From: Ignavibacteriota bacterium
GTDB taxonomy: Bacteria; Bacteroidota; Ignavibacteria; UBA10030; BY39
Direction: 5' to 3'
Assembly (NCBI GenBank): GCA_003327435.1
Contig: QOQV01000001.1
Location: forward strand, 399,917 to 463,916
Length of the DNA stretch: 64,000 bases
The translations under genes and the position numbers were made by a program. The notes under the pieces are model-generated. The model was given only the letters and a program-made list of their open reading frames with translations. It was not told the DNA's origin and made no database searches. Shown one piece after another: positions 61,338 to 64,000 of the stretch; the first letter of the stretch is position 1, and each line of letters begins with the position of its first letter.

Positions 61338-62717
61338 TTATATCTGTGACTTTAACTTCCTTTCCAGTTCCTCAATTTTTTTTTCAAATAGTTCTTTCTG
61401 TTTTGGTCTTAGCTGAATCAATGCACGATACGTTTTGATAGCTTCTTCATATTCACCCTGTCTGACATATATTTCCGCTAAAGTAACACTAACAATTTGA
61501 GGTAATTCAGGTACAGGCCCATGATTAAAATCTACATTATCTAAAAAATGTTCCTTCTTTTTTGTTTCATGTGCTGATTCAAAAATTTTGGCTATATGCT
61601 CATCAGATTTTTTTGAATTATCCTCCTTCAAATTTGAATCTGAAATAATCTCTTGCTCCGTACTGATGTTTTTCACATCTTCCGATTCCGATAATACCTC
61701 AAATACTTTTGTGGATTCAGTAATCACGTTAAAATCTTTTGTCTTTTCCTCGATTATTCCAGCATCAATTCCCCCTGATATTGCTGTCTTGTTTTCAGTC
61801 AATTCGCTTTTTTCAGAAGATTCTTGAGCTATAATTTCCGATATTTCTTCGATTTTATGTTCTTCAAAATTCTGTTCATTAAAATTTTCTTCTTTAGCTT
61901 TTTGTTCAAGAATTTCAGTTTCCGTTTTAAACTCGTCAGCTGTTAAATTTTCCTCGGATTGCTCCACAAAAGCATCATTATGTTGTCCTACTAATTCTGG
62001 TGATTTAACCTCCACATCATTTTCAAAAGTAGTTACAGGCTGTTGATTATTACTATCACTTTCTGTTGAGCTTTCAAAATCGATAGATTGTAAAACTGAT
62101 TCTATAGCAGGAGGCAAGTTTGAATCATTCTGCTCTACAAACTCCACAACGATATGTTCTTGTTCAGGTGTGGTTTCATCAGCCAATGCAACATTTTCCT
62201 CACTTTGTTGTAATGGCATATTTTCATCAATTCCAAATCCTGAAGGCGTTTCCAGTTCAACCAAAAGTGACTCTTCTTTTTCTTCTTCAACAATTGTTTG
62301 AACATTATCTTCTTCAACTTCAAGGGTAGTAGGTAATGATAATTCTTTAAATAAAATCCCATTAAGTGTGTGAAAATCTGGTATTTCGGGGGAAGATTCA
62401 CTCCTTGGTTGCGAATTTTCCTGTAATGACAATTTTTCCCAATTCATCAACAAATTTTTAAGTATCCCTGAATCAGGTTGTATCGAAAATGCTTTCCTTG
62501 CACACAGGATAGCTTCTTTGTAAGAATTTAAAGCTGCATAGCATCGCCCGAGAATAACATAGGCAGTGGCATAATCTGGATTTTGTTCAATACATCTTAA
62601 AGAAAGACTAACAGCGCTTGTTATTTTCCCTCTGATTAAATACTGTCCTGCCAATCGAGCTGATAGAGGAGAATCAGGATTTTCATTTAGTCTTTCTTCT
62701 AATTGAAATATGTTCAT
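61338..62717 (-). CDS. TPR protein with a long acidic low-complexity linker
   Basis: N-terminal TPRs (NPDYATAYVILG), Glu/Ser-rich middle, C-terminal TLAEIYVRQGEYEEA. Confidence 0.8.
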   Translation of the reverse strand: MNIFQLEERLNENPDSPLSARLAGQYLIRGKITSAVSLSLRCIEQNPDYATAYVILGRCYAALNSYKEAILCARKAFSIQPDSGILKNLLMNWEKLSLQENSQPRSESSPEIPDFHTLNGILFKELSLPTTLEVEEDNVQTIVEEEKEESLLVELETPSGFGIDENMPLQQSEENVALADETTPEQEHIVVEFVEQNDSNLPPAIESVLQSIDFESSTESDSNNQQPVTTFENDVEVKSPELVGQHNDAFVEQSEENLTADEFKTETEILEQKAKEENFNEQNFEEHKIEEISEIIAQESSEKSELTENKTAISGGIDAGIIEEKTKDFNVITESTKVFEVLSESEDVKNISTEQEIISDSNLKEDNSKKSDEHIAKIFESAHETKKKEHFLDNVDFNHGPVPELPQIVSVTLAEIYVRQGEYEEAIKTYRALIQLRPKQKELFEKKIEELERKLKSQI

Positions 62718-62724
62718 TAATATT

Positions 62725-64000
62725 TTATGATTTTATCTTCGTAAATTCATTTTGAACGGATTCAATTTTTTTCATCGAGAGATTGTATTTGCGTGCTAAC
62801 CAGGCATGTTTTAAGGATAAATACGAAACCAGTCCATAGCCCATTGTAAACAATAACTGAAATGGTACAGCAGCAATCTCAAGGTAATAAAAGGATATCA
62901 TTACACCGCTGAAACAATAAATTGCTAATAACCCTTCAATGAAAACAGTGTAATGAATTTTTGATGGTGTATATTTTTTCCCGGTCCATGATTCCTTTTT
63001 ACTAGTAATTCTATATTTTGGTGTACGAACAAATTCTGATTTCTTCTTTAATAACCCTTCGATAACAGCTCTTGTGTTATTAACTGCAAAACCCATACTG
63101 CCTGCCATAAATAGCGGGAACAAGAAAATTCTTTTATGCCAATCTGGGTAAATATCTTTCTGTGAATATAGATAGAATAGAAACGAACCTACGAATGCAA
63201 AAACAAAAATTGCCATCACAGCAAAATAGTGCTCGTATCCACCCTGATGTTTAATAAAGATTAATGGTACATTTAATATTCCAGCAAGTAATATAAATGG
63301 AAAAACAATATTACTAGTTAGATGGAATGTGGAATGAATTTTTTTACCCAATGGTAAATCAGATTTCCATACCTTTGGTAATATTTTTCTTGCTGTTTCG
63401 ATTGCTCCTTTTGTCCATCGGAACTGTTGTGATTTAAGCGCATTAATTTCAGAAGGGAGTTCGGCTGGTGAAGTAACATCGTTCAAAAATTTAAATTTCC
63501 ATCCTTTAAGCTGAGCTCTGTAGCTAAGATCCAGATCCTCTGTGAGAGTATCAGCTTCCCAGTTACCTGCGTCAATAATACATTCTTTACGCCAAATACC
63601 TCCGGTTCCGTTAAAATTGATAAAAAATCCGGCTTTATTTCTAACATTTTGTTCGATAACAAAATGCCCGTCGAGCGCCATAGCCTGAACACGAGTTAAC
63701 ATAGAATAATCACTGTTGAGGTGTTCCCATCTGGTTTGAACCATACCAATTTTCGGATCTGCCATAAAATATGGAAGTGTTTTTAGTAAAAAATCTGGCT
63801 TGGGAATAAAATCGGCATCAAATATTGCTATAAACTCACCTCTTGCAACTGCAAGGCCTTCCTTTAAAGCTCCAGCTTTATACCCAGTTCTATTTGTTCG
63901 ATGAATATGTTTTATGTCAAACCCTTTTGCTTTATACTTCTTTACTAGCTCAGCCACAACTTCTACGGTATCATCTGTGGAATCATCTAAAACCTGTATC
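62725..64000 (-). CDS. GT2 glycosyltransferase, cellulose-synthase-like (5' end outside the window)
   Basis: IQVLDDSTD at the window edge, GYKAGAL, FDADF, TEDLD, QQFRW (QxxRW), C-terminal TMs. Confidence 0.93.
   Translation of the reverse strand, partial: IQVLDDSTDDTVEVVAELVKKYKAKGFDIKHIHRTNRTGYKAGALKEGLAVARGEFIAIFDADFIPKPDFLLKTLPYFMADPKIGMVQTRWEHLNSDYSMLTRVQAMALDGHFVIEQNVRNKAGFFINFNGTGGIWRKECIIDAGNWEADTLTEDLDLSYRAQLKGWKFKFLNDVTSPAELPSEINALKSQQFRWTKGAIETARKILPKVWKSDLPLGKKIHSTFHLTSNIVFPFILLAGILNVPLIFIKHQGGYEHYFAVMAIFVFAFVGSFLFYLYSQKDIYPDWHKRIFLFPLFMAGSMGFAVNNTRAVIEGLLKKKSEFVRTPKYRITSKKESWTGKKYTPSKIHYTVFIEGLLAIYCFSGVMISFYYLEIAAVPFQLLFTMGYGLVSYLSLKHAWLARKYNLSMKKIESVQNEFTKIKS

Overview
AT-rich bacterial chromosomal segment. 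Gene content and style suggest Ignavibacteria or a related Bacteroidota/Chlorobi lineage (inference only). Most of it is housekeeping on the minus strand: lat and an aldehyde dehydrogenase, purB, an HtrA protease, split transketolase, plsY, purN-purH-mreBCD-mrdA-rodA-LonC-HDAC-cyclase, rplM-rpsI-rpsB-tsf-pyrH-frr, a 2-oxoacid dehydrogenase operon, ychF, ispG, gap-pgk and one tRNA-Asp. polA and fur-feoAB are on the plus strand. The main accessory block (24.0-30.8 kb) is a nitrite/NO-type respiratory cluster: porin, octaheme nitrite reductase (CxxCK), a 64-aa orphan, an Rrf2 regulator, a YccM/NapH-like membrane ferredoxin, hemerythrin and a second, HAO-like octaheme cytochrome. It has two matching candidate Rrf2 operators and no NrfH. 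Other points of interest are a YggT-like/class III cyclase fusion with altered catalytic residues, a leaderless Phe/His-rich uORF upstream of lat, a three-way-junction RNA after a DUF59 gene, two E1 enzymes sharing one E2, and several small unannotated ORFs. No CRISPR array, transposase, integrase, prophage or rRNA was seen. All calls rest on motif recognition by eye; no searches were run.
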